The notes beneath the pieces were generated by a model. It searched no databases. It worked only from the letters and a program-made list of their open reading frames with translations, and was not told the DNA's origin. A stretch of DNA of 64,000 nucleotides from Curvularia clavata. Lineage: Eukaryota. Of the stretch, positions 38,715 through 51,145 are shown in pieces. Position 1 is the stretch's first letter. Each line of letters starts with the position of its first letter. A program made the position numbers and the translations under genes. The stretch covers positions 4,216,001 to 4,280,000 of the forward strand of contig CP089276.1 in assembly GCA_023920165.1 (NCBI GenBank). Direction: 5' to 3'.

Positions 38715-40278
38715 TCACAAAGGGGGTACATTGGTTTGACTCAACATCATGTTTTTGACCTCAGGAAACACATTTGCAAAGCGATCTGGAAAAGTGCTTA
38801 CGTACGCAGTCCACTCGTCCTGACACTTAGCGCACAATCGAACACCTCCAAAACCATATGAAGGGTCCTCATGAGACTGGTTGTCCTGGCACTGTTGACA
38901 CTTGATAACGTCGCTGGACTCCAGGATCTCTGAGAGACCCTCGAACATCAATTCGGCACTCCTCGAGATAACGTCTTTGTAGCGCTCTACATCTTCAACT
39001 CTGGAGGCTTCGGTGCATCTAGTGTCCCTATGGCCCCAGAGATTGGAGCATTGGCGTGCTTTTTTCATTATGCTCGAATTGTCGGGATGACCAATCGTCA
39101 TGCCGTCTTCAACGAAGCGGTAGCGGCGCACCACTGTACCCGGATGAGTCAGTTGACGCATCTTAGATGAAAGCAAAATATAAGATAAACCTACTCATGT
39201 GGATAGGACCACCGGAAAAGCGCAGGAAATTGGTTATGACAAGGTGTTCGGGTCTGCCCACCCAAGCAACATCTAGAGCCCATAATAGCTGGCGGCACTG
39301 ATGGAAAGCCTTGATGCGAACACGAGGTGGCACATATGCAAATTTCGAATTCTGAATGTATGACAAATTAGTTAGCGCGTGTTTGGAAGGATTAGATACC
39401 AGGTTGTTGCTTACAGTTTCGCCTTCTGAGCGGTGCTTGAAGAAAGCAATGCTATCGTAAAGCGTGCAGCCAAGTTCGCTTAGCAATTCTGACTGCTCCT
39501 CGGTGAGCCAGCAATCATTGAGATCGTTGCAGGCAAGAGCGGCAGCGATAGTGAAACGCAGCAAGGCATCCGTGCCGCGCATACGGAACCACTGTCTGGG
39601 AGACTGGGCGAGTGCAGTGACATAGCGTTGGAACAGCAAGCCTTCACGTCGCGAACTTGCTTTGTCTCCAGTGAAAAGCAGACAGCAGCGTAATTCTCGC
39701 GCCATTTCCGCACTGATGAGATTCGTTAGCTTACTCCGTGTATGGTAAGCACAGACAAACGAGGAGTAGCATGCATCATGTGAATAATAAAAGCTTCGCT
39801 TACTGTACTCGAGTTCCTTTAAACAGCTGGGCTAGAACAGTACTAAGATTATATCCGAGCACATCGTCGGTAGCCGCAACTTGCACCATGGATCCTTTGA
39901 ACTCAGCAATGACTGCAATGATGATAACACGAATGGTAGCGATATATCGGTTCCAGTTAGTGTACTGTGGAACAACGCAACGCACATATTCCCAAGCACA
40001 CGCATATATCTCCTGCTTAATTCGTTCGGGAATGTCCACGCCGTCTAGATCATTGGCAATCTCTTGCGGGTAGTCTAAGGGGTTGGAGTATATTGTTAAC
40101 AAACGTCTTCGATAAGCAGTTGTGGAGACAACGTACACCACTTCTCTTGGATCACGGGTAACGATTGGTCCTGGTCTGAGGGTGAAGGTGTTGAGACGAG
40201 GCGCTAGTGAATGGTTAAAGCGAGATAACACAGAAACTTTAAATCAAAAGGTTGAAAGAAGAAACTTACGTCTTGCAT
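38715..40278 (-). CDS. BcABA3-like non-canonical terpene cyclase (alpha-ionylideneethane synthase family), 406 aa, 6 exons
   Basis: Exons 40270-40278, 40137-40203, 39804-40074, 39415-39712, 39195-39351 and 38715-39133 sum to 1221 nt; motifs WYYPQEIANDL, ACAWEYVRCVVPQYTNWNRY, ALAQSPRQWFRMR, ALACNDL, KHRSEGETN, GGPIHMMVRRYRFVE, CQQC...FGGVRLCAKC match ABA3 as I recall it. Confidence 0.88.
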
Positions 40279-41273
40279 GGTCAAGATTCGTTTGTTCAGT
40301 CTGACAAGGGACCTAGATCACTTGTTATCAAGTTTTATTCTGATACCCTCCTCCCTCACGGTATGTAGCAAACAAGTATAGAGCGTAGAATATGAGCAAT
40401 ATTGTCACGTGAGTCAATCTTTTATCGAGATAGCCAAGTCAGAAGTGAAGCAGGATCTGTCCGCAGTAGATTGAGGTTCTTCGAGGATTCTTGCGAAATG
40501 AAATAGAGTCAAGGGGTCTGATTTTGCTATCAATTAATTGATGAATATTTATGTCAGCAAATATTTTGCATGAGAAAAGCGACGTGAGTTGCTCAGCTAC
40601 GACAGCATCCACACATACCCACAAGAATTATTCATGAAAGCAACAATTCCAACAAATCAAAAAGCCCAGATAGGATATTGATGAAAGTAATGTGTGAAAG
40701 ATGATGTGGTTAAATGCTGCCGCCTGGCTTTCATAGTCTAACGAGATGCCGATAGCTGCACCTTGACGCAATTTCTGGTAACCATATCCTTTCATTGTGT
40801 GAGCAGCTCATGTTGATCAGAGCGCCCCTCGGCTATGAATTCTTTGTTGACAACTCTGCACACTCCAGCTTTCCTATAAACCGAGTAACTAAACTAGGGA
40901 CAACTGTCATGCGAATCTGGCTGGGGTCCTGGCTTGAGTTGGCTTGACTTTGGAGCAACCCCAGCTTGATCGTTAGACTTAGTGAGTTAGTATTACTAAG
41001 CTCAACTTTTCAGCTTGTTGGGCTTGGGTTTATAGCATATCCAAGGAGACTTCCTAGTCAGGGATAGCCCCATGCCTGATCGGAGTATTCACATGACGCT
41101 ATTCTTTTCAGCTCATCAACCAAGCTGAAGAACAGCTTGATTGACGTGTCTGGTCATGCGAACAGTAAATTGAGAAAAGGCTGAATGAACCTAGAATCGC
41201 CTCTTAATTGACGATAACTTGAATATTCATCTTGATTTGCGCGCGTTCTTCCATTCCCCGTGTGTGTAACACC

Positions 41274-42347
41274 TTAAACCTGAAATGCAACTCCCTCCTT
41301 TTTAACCATAGCCTTGCCGCCACTCGCAAACCCAGTCCCCTCGCTTCGAATCTCTACCAATCCGGGTTTCGGCGCCTTTTCCTTGTCCTTCTTCTTCTTG
41401 CCATCTTTAGGTTCCGGTGCAGTTGTGAGATCTGCATCACAGACATAGCAATGTATCGTGTCTGGATCAGGCCCCTCGTCATGCGCGTCTCGGTGATGTC
41501 GATGCTCTGGCTTGAGAAACTTGTCGACACAGGGCTTGCAGAGCACGTGGCCGCAAGGGATAGCAAACACGGCCTTTGTGCTATTTGATAGTGCCTTTTG
41601 GCAGCTTGGACATGTGCGTACAGCCTTGCCCGTCTCATTCGATTTTTCTTCATGGAAGTTGACGCTCGTTAAGCCTTTGAGCGTCAGGCTGTGAGGCTGA
41701 TCAGGAGAGCTAGACGGGCAAACAGGCGTATTTTTGGCCTTCTCTGCAGTCTTATGGTGCTGATCAGGTGTTTCGCCAGGCACCCAGAAACTTGGCAGAT
41801 GGCCTTTTGCAGCCTTGCGTTCTTCGTCCAAGGTGCGCTTTGCTTTTCGCTGTTCCTCCCTTGCGATACGCTTCAGCTCCTCCTCGTCAATCTCGAATTT
41901 TCTTTTGATGCCTCGGCTTTGCCCGGCTTGGGCGCCCTGCTCTTCTTCCACCATGATCTTGCCACCTTCTCTTCCTACCATTTTTGCTGACGCACCCGCC
42001 TTTACAGAAAGCCCTTGTTGTACGAGTTCAAACTCTTCAACGGCTCGCAACTTTGCCTCCTCCTCCTCCCTGAGCCTTTGTTCTTCTTCTTCAAGCTTTT
42101 GGCGCTCACTCAGCTTTTCCAGCCGCTTCATTTCTTTTCTCTGGGCTAGGAGATTTGTTAAGGCACACTCTCGGCAAAAGAGGTCGCCTTGCGGACAGCA
42201 TACTGGGTCTACTGATGGAAGGAGACAGAGCTGGCAGGAGCCGAATGGTAGAAAAGAGTCACGAGTGAGGCGTGTTGCTTGCGAGCCCCATCTGTCCTTG
42301 AGCGAATTCCGCTCGTACGATGTGAATATAGTCTTTGGCGGTGGCAT
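41274..42347 (-). CDS. NOSIP-like RING/U-box protein
   Basis: FTSYER...WGSQATRLTRDSFLPFGSCQLCL, GDLFCRECALTNLLAQ, LPSFWVP, CPSCQKALSN, CGHVLCKPC, EGTGFASGG. Confidence 0.88.
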   Translation of the reverse strand: MPPPKTIFTSYERNSLKDRWGSQATRLTRDSFLPFGSCQLCLLPSVDPVCCPQGDLFCRECALTNLLAQRKEMKRLEKLSERQKLEEEEQRLREEEEAKLRAVEEFELVQQGLSVKAGASAKMVGREGGKIMVEEEQGAQAGQSRGIKRKFEIDEEELKRIAREEQRKAKRTLDEERKAAKGHLPSFWVPGETPDQHHKTAEKAKNTPVCPSSSPDQPHSLTLKGLTSVNFHEEKSNETGKAVRTCPSCQKALSNSTKAVFAIPCGHVLCKPCVDKFLKPEHRHHRDAHDEGPDPDTIHCYVCDADLTTAPEPKDGKKKKDKEKAPKPGLVEIRSEGTGFASGGKAMVKKEGVAFQV

Positions 42348-42754
42348 CTTGAGTTGAGTGGACAATGGATTGGTTATGAGTAGAGGTGCGAACTGCTGGT
42401 AATGGGAAAGCGCGTTTCGCGCGTTTTGGCAGTTGGTGACGCGCCTTGCGGATAGTCACGTGTGCCGGTACCAAAGTCGAGTCTACAAGTATGGTGGGCC
42501 CTCAAGAGACACTACGGTACACTGGCCACTACGTCTCGACGGTTTACGTGCATCCAGCAAGGTCGGGGGAAGAAGAGCTTCGGGAAAGGCAGAGCCAGCC
42601 AGTGGCTGCACGTGCCGGGCGCGTTGCCGCTAATCCTTGTCTCCAAAATTATGCGGTTCCTGGCAGGCGGGCGGCCGGTGACGTTGGCCGCGAGGTGGCT
42701 CACTTGTCGAGCGCGAAATCTGCACATGTAGTTTCTGCGAACACACCACCCTCA

Positions 42755-44050
42755 ATGCGACCAGAGGACCAGCCGGAGGCGCCCAGCGGACCATGGCGCG
42801 CTGCGTCCGTCTTCACAATGGGTGCCGTAGGGCTGCTGTGCAAAGGATTCCTCAACGGACTGAGCAGAGTAGAGACTCATGGCATGGACAAGTTCCTGAA
42901 GCTGCTGGATGAGAGGGAAGACCCTGAGAAAAGGGAGAAGGGACTGATTACTGGTATGCCTTCCAAGATTGTCCAATTGTCCAAGGACCTGTTGAGGCTA
43001 ACTCGGTCGCAGTCTCAAACCATATTTCAGTGTACGTTCGTTTACCGTGACCTCGGCTTCGCGAGGCAAAGGACTGCGCTCATGCAACTCGGACAGAATG
43101 GACGATCCAATCCTTTGGGGCATACTTCCCCTTGGCTACATGTTTAACCCGGACAATTTGAGATGGGGACTTGGAAGCTACGACCTATGCTTCACGAACA
43201 AGTACGTTTGCGTCGGGTTGCGCGTTGCATAGCTAACGGCGACATCAGAGGGCTGTCAACTTTCTTCACCTTCGGGCAAGTTCTGCCTACGCACCGCTCT
43301 GCACACTCGCAATATGGAGGCTTGTTCCAACCCACGATCACGCAGGCGATCCGACTGCTCTCGCGTGGACCTTTTCTGCACGAGCAAGATGCACCGGAGA
43401 AGCCAGCAACATCACTCAAGAGCCCAGACCTCATCGATCCCTTCAGTAGCGGGCACCTTACCTTTTCCACAAACGGCCACGATACATTCCCCGCGCCGTC
43501 TGCATACCGAAACCGGCGCCATGCGTGGGTGCACATCTTCCCCGAGGGCATGATACACCAAAGCGAGCAAAGGATCATGCGCTACTTCAAGTGGGGTGTG
43601 TCGCGACTGATACTGGAGAGCGAACCTATGCCGGACGTGGTGCCCATTTTCGTCGAAGGGTTCGACAACATCATGCACGAGACACGTACATTTCCACGCT
43701 TCATTCCGCGTCCGTTCCAGAATGTACGCGTCACGTTTGGGGAGAAGCTTGATACGGAGGAGGTGTTTGGTGATTTGCGCAGGCGGTGGAAGCAGCTCAT
43801 GGACAACGAGGAACGCAAGGGAGAGAGGCTGGCGGTCGGAGTGCTCAATGACGCGCTCAAGTACTCGGACGAAGCCGTCAGGATACGCAAGGAGTGCACC
43901 CGGCGCATTCGACAGGCAGTGCTTGACGTAAGGCGGCAGCGTGGGTACCCTGACGATGACCCAAAGAACAGCCTTGCGGAAACATGGCTGCGGGAGGGGC
44001 CTCACAGGGAAGGTCGCAAAGAGGACAATACCATCACCAAGGATACCTGA
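42755..44050 (+). CDS. TAZ1: Tafazzin (cardiolipin transacylase), 4 exons
   Basis: GLITVSNHISVMDDPILWG (HX4D) assembled across a 19-nt exon; RWGLGSYDLCFTN, WVHIFPEG, RYFKWGVSRLILE. Confidence 0.92.
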
Positions 44051-44526
44051 GGCGCGCATTTGTAGTGTAGTATTGGATTTTGTGTGTGTACGTACATAGG
44101 CCCAGGGCCAGCCATAGAGAGGCAGAGTGTCGGATTAGATCAAGTAATTACACCCTCAGCGACGCCTGCGAGTGCGCGGCGATCAACCACAGCCGCAGGA
44201 CACGCCCGGGTCGGGTTTTGTCGGTGGGCGCAGAGGCAGGCACCGCGACGCTCGCTGTATGCTGGGTGTCGCGGCCACGGTCTCGGGCGTGCTCGTTATC
44301 GTCATCCACTGTGTGGAGGAGAAGAGTGTGGGTGTGGGCGTGGGCGTGTGTGTTTGGAGGGCGTCTGGGCACGAGTCACGTGCAAAGGGCGGCTTGGCGG
44401 TTGGGCAAGGGCGAGTGGGCAGATAAAACGCGTCCAATGCCCCGCTGGAGCGAGCGGAGCGGATTCGACGGACAGGCACAGAGTGGCAGAAAAGCATTTC
44501 ACCGCCCGCGCCTCAGCACGCTAGAC

Positions 44527-45272
44527 ATGCCCTGCGCTCCACCGTCGCCAGACCAGGACTTATCTTCATACCACGCCCACGCCCATGCCCACGCCCAGAC
44601 TGCTCACCTCCAGCAGCCTCCAGCATACCAGGCCTCTGCCGCCTTCTTCCGTCATTCACCGCCACAGTACCCGCACCCACCGCACCACCACATCCCCCGC
44701 CCCATGCTGCAGACCCAGCCTGCGCCACAGTCCTACATGCCTCGCCATCTAACCACCGAGGAGAGCATGCCAGACGCCGACTACGTACCAGACGCGTCGC
44801 TGCCCCTGGCGGCTGATGCGGGCAGCGGTCTTGGTGCGCCCGACATGCCCAACACCGACCACATCACCATCAAGAACCACTTCCCCGTTGCCCGCATAAA
44901 GCGCATCATGCAGGCCGATGACGACGTGGGAAAGGTAGCTCAGGTCACGCCCGTCGTTGTTTGTACGTACCTCCGCTGGCCCGCGACAATGTGGCTAACC
45001 CCTTTCCAGCAAAAGCGCTCGAGCTCTTCATGATATCTCTCGTCACAAAAGCTGCTGCCGAGGCAAAGTCGCGCAACTCGAAGCGCGTCGGCTCCATCCA
45101 CCTCAAACAAGCCATTGCGAAGACGGACCGCTTTGACTTCCTCAACGAGATTGTGTCCAAGGTCGCCGATGCGCCTGAGAAAAGCGAGGGCGACAATGCC
45201 GACGCCGATGGAAAGAAGAAGAAGACGTCGAGTCGGAAAAAGAAAAAGGCCGACAGTGACGACGACTTTTGA
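44527..45272 (+). CDS. BUR6: NC2 alpha (DRAP1/Bur6) histone-fold transcriptional repressor; start uncertain (44527 or 44767)
   Basis: [27 protein letters not shown] / [11 protein letters not shown]...HLKQAI...FDFL; intron ~44963-45009. Confidence 0.88.
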
Positions 45273-46323
45273 GTGGAGCAAAGGCCCAATGCTCACATGC
45301 GGTAACTGACGACAGCATTTTGCTACAAGCTCGCACCCATTGCTTCTTGTGCAGCTTTGTTCCGTCGATGCCTTATGTGTGCTGTCGCACCTCTATATTT
45401 GCCTCGCCACACTCTCCAGAAGCTGCTCGCCCCCCTGTTCGTGCTGCGGGCACTCTCAGTACCACTGGTTTTGGCACATTACCGACTATCTCTGTTTGCG
45501 CTCCAACCACCAACAGTGCGCATCGTCCTGCTTCAATTCGAACCAAGTGGCCCTGCGCTCTTTGTTCCAAGGACATGTGCAATTCTTGTCTTGGTCCACA
45601 CCAACTCCTTTTAATTTCCACCAAACGGGGCCTAATTGCGCATTGCGATAGAGCATCTTCAATGTGCCGGTCGCCAAGCCCCACCTCCTGTTCTTTTAAT
45701 GATGTAGTGCGTCAAGGCTGCATCGCGAGCAACTTTGAGCAAGTGAAGTTCTCTGTCCGTTCAACGTACAAAGCGACGTACCATGTCTACACATGGCGTT
45801 CTTGCTGGTGAGGGAACAACTACCTCAATAGGAATGCATGGATGGCGTTGTCTGGTTATTTTCTGCGTCGATTGATACGATACCAATGAATACGGATTCA
45901 CGATTTTTCTTGATCAGCTTCTCTTTCCATATACTACATACTACAATGATGCTAACGGAATAATTGTTACCGCGGTCCGAACATACTGGCCGACATCAAG
46001 GTGTAGTTTACGCGGTTTGCAGCCGATGGATAAACAAGTTGCCTCCCACCAACCAGGTTTCTTCGAACCACCCAATTTATCCGCTCTCTCCGCAGATCCC
46101 CACACTATCAACGCTCCCCGGATGCCTGTTCAGGAACAGGGCAGAGATCGGTTCCTGCGCTACTCTCAATGTGCTATAATGTCCCTCCTTAGCTCCATAG
46201 CTGCCCCATACGCCCGCAATCTGCGTGTTGTCGTCAAGTATTAAAGATGCCTGTCCCCACGCTGTGTGAAACTGTACGGTTCTCTCTCTTTACTATCGTC
46301 AGTCGCAGGGTGATTGAGCAAAG

Positions 46324-47737
46324 ATGATATTCTCAAGACTGGCATTGCTTCTTGCAGGCACTGCTGTATCTGTTCACAGCCAGGCAATCGAGAGCAGACA
46401 AAACAACAAACCCATCATCCGCCCCAACCCTTCAGATGGTCACTGGGTCGATGCGTTTGCAACTATGCCTCAGCTCACTGAGCCGGCAAATCTGCCACCA
46501 GCACCGTTTGTACGTTTGCTTTCCTATCCGGCTTGTAGTCATGGCATCCGGACTAACACAGTCAATGTAGAACCAAACTGGCGCCGTCTTCGTCAACAGC
46601 ACAGTCCGCCAAACACTCTATATGACTACCGATGCCCATCAGATCCGTCTCAAGTTCACCAACGTGTTTGGTGGTTCTGATCTTCCTATCACTGCTGTTA
46701 CCGTTGCACTTCCCGCAAATCAAACAGCAGGAATCTATGAAATCCAGCCCCAGACCCTGCAGAAGGTTACATTTAGCGGTGAAGACGGAATCACCGTCCC
46801 CAACGGCGCACTCGCTGTATCAGACCCTATCAACTTCCCAATCAAGGCACAGCAAATTGTCACCGTAACCATGTATCTTGCCAGTGGCCAGAAAACCAAC
46901 AGTATTACCAGCCATCCAGGATCGCGCACAACCAGCTGGTGGCAGTTTGGAAATGCAGTCAGCGCACCTAGTCTGACCATTACCGACTCGACCACACAAT
47001 CAGCAGCACACTGGTATTTCATCTCGTCCGTAGAAGCTTGGGTGCCGCAACGCGTCGGCTCCCTTCTCATCATCGGCGACAGCATCACTGACGGCCGCGG
47101 CTCAACCACCAACCAGAACGACCGGTGGCCTAATCAGCTCCTCGCCCGTCTCCAGAAGAACTCTGCCACCAAGTACATATCTATTGGCAATCTCGCCGCC
47201 GGCGGAAACCGTATTCTTGCTGATGGTCTCGGTCCTAATGCCTTTGGCCGCATCGACCGCGACATTCTTGCCCATCCAGGCGTCCAATACGCCATGATCT
47301 TTGAAGGCGTCAACGACATTGGCGTTGCGCCGCCTACGCCCGAAGCCCAAGCTGAAATTTACAGACGCCTTGTACAAGCCTACAAGCAAATGGTGACGCT
47401 CATCCACACTCACGGTATCCCCGTCTTTGGAGCTACCATCACGCCCTTTAGCGCGCCCGCAAACTTCACCGGACAGCCTTACTCCAGCCCCGAGCGAGAA
47501 AAGACCAGACAACGCATCAACGAATTCATCCGCACTAGCGGCGTGTTTGATGCCGTCATCGACTTTGACAAGTTTCTCGCCGACCCCAAGATCCCCAGTC
47601 AGCTCGCCCCGCAGTATGACAGCGGCGACTACCTGCATCCCGGACCAGCGGGCTACGCGTATATTGCGGAGAAATTTCCGGTAGACGTCTTTGCAAAGTG
47701 GAGGCAGGGTGCTATGGAGTTTGGCTGGGGCCAGTGA
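46324..47737 (+). CDS. Secreted SGNH/GDSL-family hydrolase
   Basis: Signal peptide; intron 46510-46570; IGDSITDGRGS, AGGNRIL, FEGVNDIG, GDYLHP. Confidence 0.9.
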
Positions 47738-48251
47738 GGACTTGCAACAGTTAATGAAGTGTACTGTAGATTAAAGGAACAATGCTCAGTAGGAATCATT
47801 CTGAGTTTGGTTTCTTGGAAAATTATTTAGCTTGACGTAATTCCATTCTTACATTGGGGGTTTTTTTTGGCTTTTAATGAAGAACCTTACTTTTCAACAT
47901 CTACACTTATGCGAGAGCAGAACCAGTGTTGTTTGTCGTGAGTTCTCTAGTCTGGAGACTATTTGTGCGGATAAAAAGATCCAGGTATATCGAATACGCC
48001 TCTATCCTTGAGTACAGAAGTGAAAAAAAAAGAGTCTACCCAAGCCTTGGTATCTCATGGCCTCAACTACTAGATCTCCCTCAAAACGCCAAGCGCAAAA
48101 TGAATAGTTGCCCTCATCATAAAGCAAGACATTGTCCCAATGTCTGTGATCATGGGGAATGAAAAGTAAATTCACCCCTGTCCGACATCAAACAATCCAT
48201 GAGTTCTCACAGACATCGTTTCCCCACCGGCTTGTTTCTCGTGTAGCGTAC

Positions 48252-50884
48252 CTACACAATACCTTCCTGGAACCTCTCGACTCCCTTCTTGATCTCCCTT
48301 ACAATTTCCACCGCCTCGTCCACACTCTGCGCCTCAAAGTCGTACCGCTTCGTCTCCCTCTCCTTGAACACAATGACGCGGAACATTTTGGGGTGCTTCT
48401 TGGACACTTTACTGCCAACTACGCTGCTAAAGTGTACAGTCGTCGTTTTGCCCTGTCCTTCGATGCCAAACCCGCCACGCGCGCCCGTTTTGGACTCGCC
48501 AGGCATAATGTGAATGTACTCGTTGTCAAGAGCAATGATTCGCGATGTGGATGATGCAAAAGACATGGGCTGTTTGCGGAGGACGGCATACCGACGGTAG
48601 TAATTTGTTGATGTAAGAGCGAGGGCACCCGAATCTCCGTTGCGAGCGAGTGGGTGGAGAAGACCTTGTCCCGACACGGCTGCATGTGTGCGGTCACCTT
48701 TCTTGGTCTTCTTTGGTGCCCCACCCGTGCTGATGATGAGTGGCGCATTGGGCGATGAAGAGCCTGGTGAGCCTGACAGTCCAAAGACACCATCGCCCAC
48801 AAAGCGCCGACGCACCAGGTCGAGATCCATACGTGTATCCAACGCTTCTACAGTGCGATCTGGTGGTGCCACCGTGGTACTGCCGCTTACCTTGAGGATG
48901 TAGAGCCCCTTCTCTAGCTGTAGATCGTGGCATACTTGGTCAAATAGATCAGCAATATATGTGTCCGTTGTACATGGCAACGAAAAATGCTTGGTGTTGA
49001 AGTTTTCATCCGTAAAGTGAATGTTGACAGTCCGTGGGGCCCCGGTACGACTAGCAGCATGCGACTGCGCAACTTTTGGGACATCTGCCAGATTGCTTGT
49101 ATCCTTGCGTGTCGCCGTAGGCGCAAAAGAGGGACCTGTTATCGGATTACGGAAGCTCTTAGCACGGCTTGGCATAGGCTTCACGGGTTTCTTTTCCTCG
49201 CTCTCTTCATGACCGTCAATACCATCGCCTTGCGTCGCAACAGCACTGGCAGCCTCTTGACTGTAGATGGGTGTGAGCTTTTCATTCTCGCCAAACTCCC
49301 GGTGTGTCGCTCCTACGAGAGCGAACTCGTCCCAAGGCTTGTCTCGGGCACGAGGTCGCATGCCACGAGCATTATTGGAGGCAAAGTCTTTGAGTGGCTT
49401 GTTCCTTGTCAAGGGTGGGAACTCGTCATCGACCTCACCATCGTCATACATGCGCATGACCCATCTATTGACATTCAACTGTTCGGCTGTCAACGGTGGC
49501 TCCAGCTTCTCCTCCTGGTATCGATGCAAAGCGTATCCAATAGCTTCTGCCACAGTAGGCCCCTCTCCTTTGTCGTTGAACTTCCTAATCAGCAACTCCA
49601 TTGGTTTGGACGGCTTAGAAGAAAAGGGGCAGTATAGCTTGATAAACAATGGGTTTTGTTGGGCCTCGCTGGCAGCATTCCACATGGCAAAACGTTGTAA
49701 AGGGTCAGATGGCTTCTGCTCCTTGGCTCGAATTGCTTGGGTCAAGGCGCTCACGGGCAGTACAAAACTGATTGGCCGTGGAGGTGGTAGAGCTTGGAGA
49801 GTAGGCTGAACTGGCTCGTTTTTCTTCTTCTTAGGGGACATGTTTTGAAAAGGCGTCAAATCAGGCATGGTAGGAAGATCACCTGCAGGAGATGAGTCTA
49901 GGGGGTCACCACCAGCGCCTATGAGAGAGGCACTGTCATCAGAGGCGGAGAATTCAGACGTCAAGGAATCGTCAGACTCATCTCCTTCGTCCAGAGCTTC
50001 CAAGCGACCACCAACTTCGCCTTGTTGCTCATCTTTCCGCTGGGAAAGCATGTGACTTGCACTAGTAGCCTTTCGAGGATTGACTCTCCTCTTTCTAAAG
50101 GAAGAGTTGTCGAATTCATTTTCCGACGACATCTCACTGCTGGTAATGGTATCTCGCCTAGCTCTTCCTTTGGACGACTCAACTGTGGGCAATGACGATC
50201 TTCGTGGAAGCTCTTCAGGGGGCCGCGATGGGGACGTGATCATGAGCGAAGGCCCCTCTCCGACCTCTGCAAGCTCGTTGCGCAGTGCTGATCCAGGCAT
50301 TGGCGACGAGCCGGAACGGGTACGCAGAGGCATTTTGGTGAACTTGATCTGGTTGGCTGGTCTGGCACTTAATCAGTCTTTAATGTTACGACATATGTAA
50401 TTCGCCTACCTTTGCGCATCGTCGTCATCGTCGCTTTCGTCGCTGAGGTCGCTGCTGTCGTCCTCTTCCAGCTGCTCCTTGCGCCGCCTGCGCTTCGCAT
50501 TCAAGGCAGGCCCGACTGTGTCGTTGCTTCCCCCTCCCGTGACCATGCCGCCCTCTTCTTCATCGTCGCCGAAGCCCTCCGGCGGCTTCAGGCCAGCCGA
50601 GCGCGGGGCCTGGAAGTATTCCGAGGTGATGGCGGTAGGAATGGGTGGAGAGTAGGTGCGCTTGATGTCGGATGCATTGGGGACCCAGCCTGCAGCGCGG
50701 AATGCTGGATTATTGAGAACACTCGAGTCGACATTGATCAGACGTTCGCCCACGCCGTCCTTAATGGAGCCCAGGTATGCAGTGCGCAGTTGGTAGAGCA
50801 CGAAACTACGGACGTCAGCGACTTGGGATATGCAATGCTGTGGCTATGGATGTGAGCTTACTCTTCGTTTTGAAGGAGGGACAT
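48252..50884 (-). CDS. SIN1: TORC2 subunit Sin1/Avo1 (SAPK-interacting protein 1), 3 exons
   Basis: MSLLQNE / YQLRTAYL...GVGERLI, SPPIPT, CRIM domain TVAEAIGYAL...DDGEVDDEFPPL, and C-terminal PH domain with YIHIMP...KRYDFEA. Confidence 0.9.
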
Positions 50885-51145
50885 GTTGGAAGGCTCAGGA
50901 TGTCGTCATGTCAAAAGAGAAGAGAAGCGAAAGTATGCTCAGACCAGCTGACGGGAATCACAAAACGCCATGGGCAGCAGAGACGCGGGTGTCGAGGCCG
51001 TGGGGAAGTGCATACGTGCCTGGACCCTGGCTTGGCTGCCGCGGCGGCGCCCGCTGGACGCGTGCATTGGTGATCTCATCGCCAACTTTCCGACCACACG
51101 TCTTTCTCTCAACCTCGACTTTGCGCCCGCACCCCACCCGACACC

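Noticed and set aside
42446..42754. Upstream extensions of the TAZ1 (also NC2alpha and F-box 18934) ORFs
   Set aside because: Non-ATG or promoter-overlapping extensions without targeting-like composition or motifs
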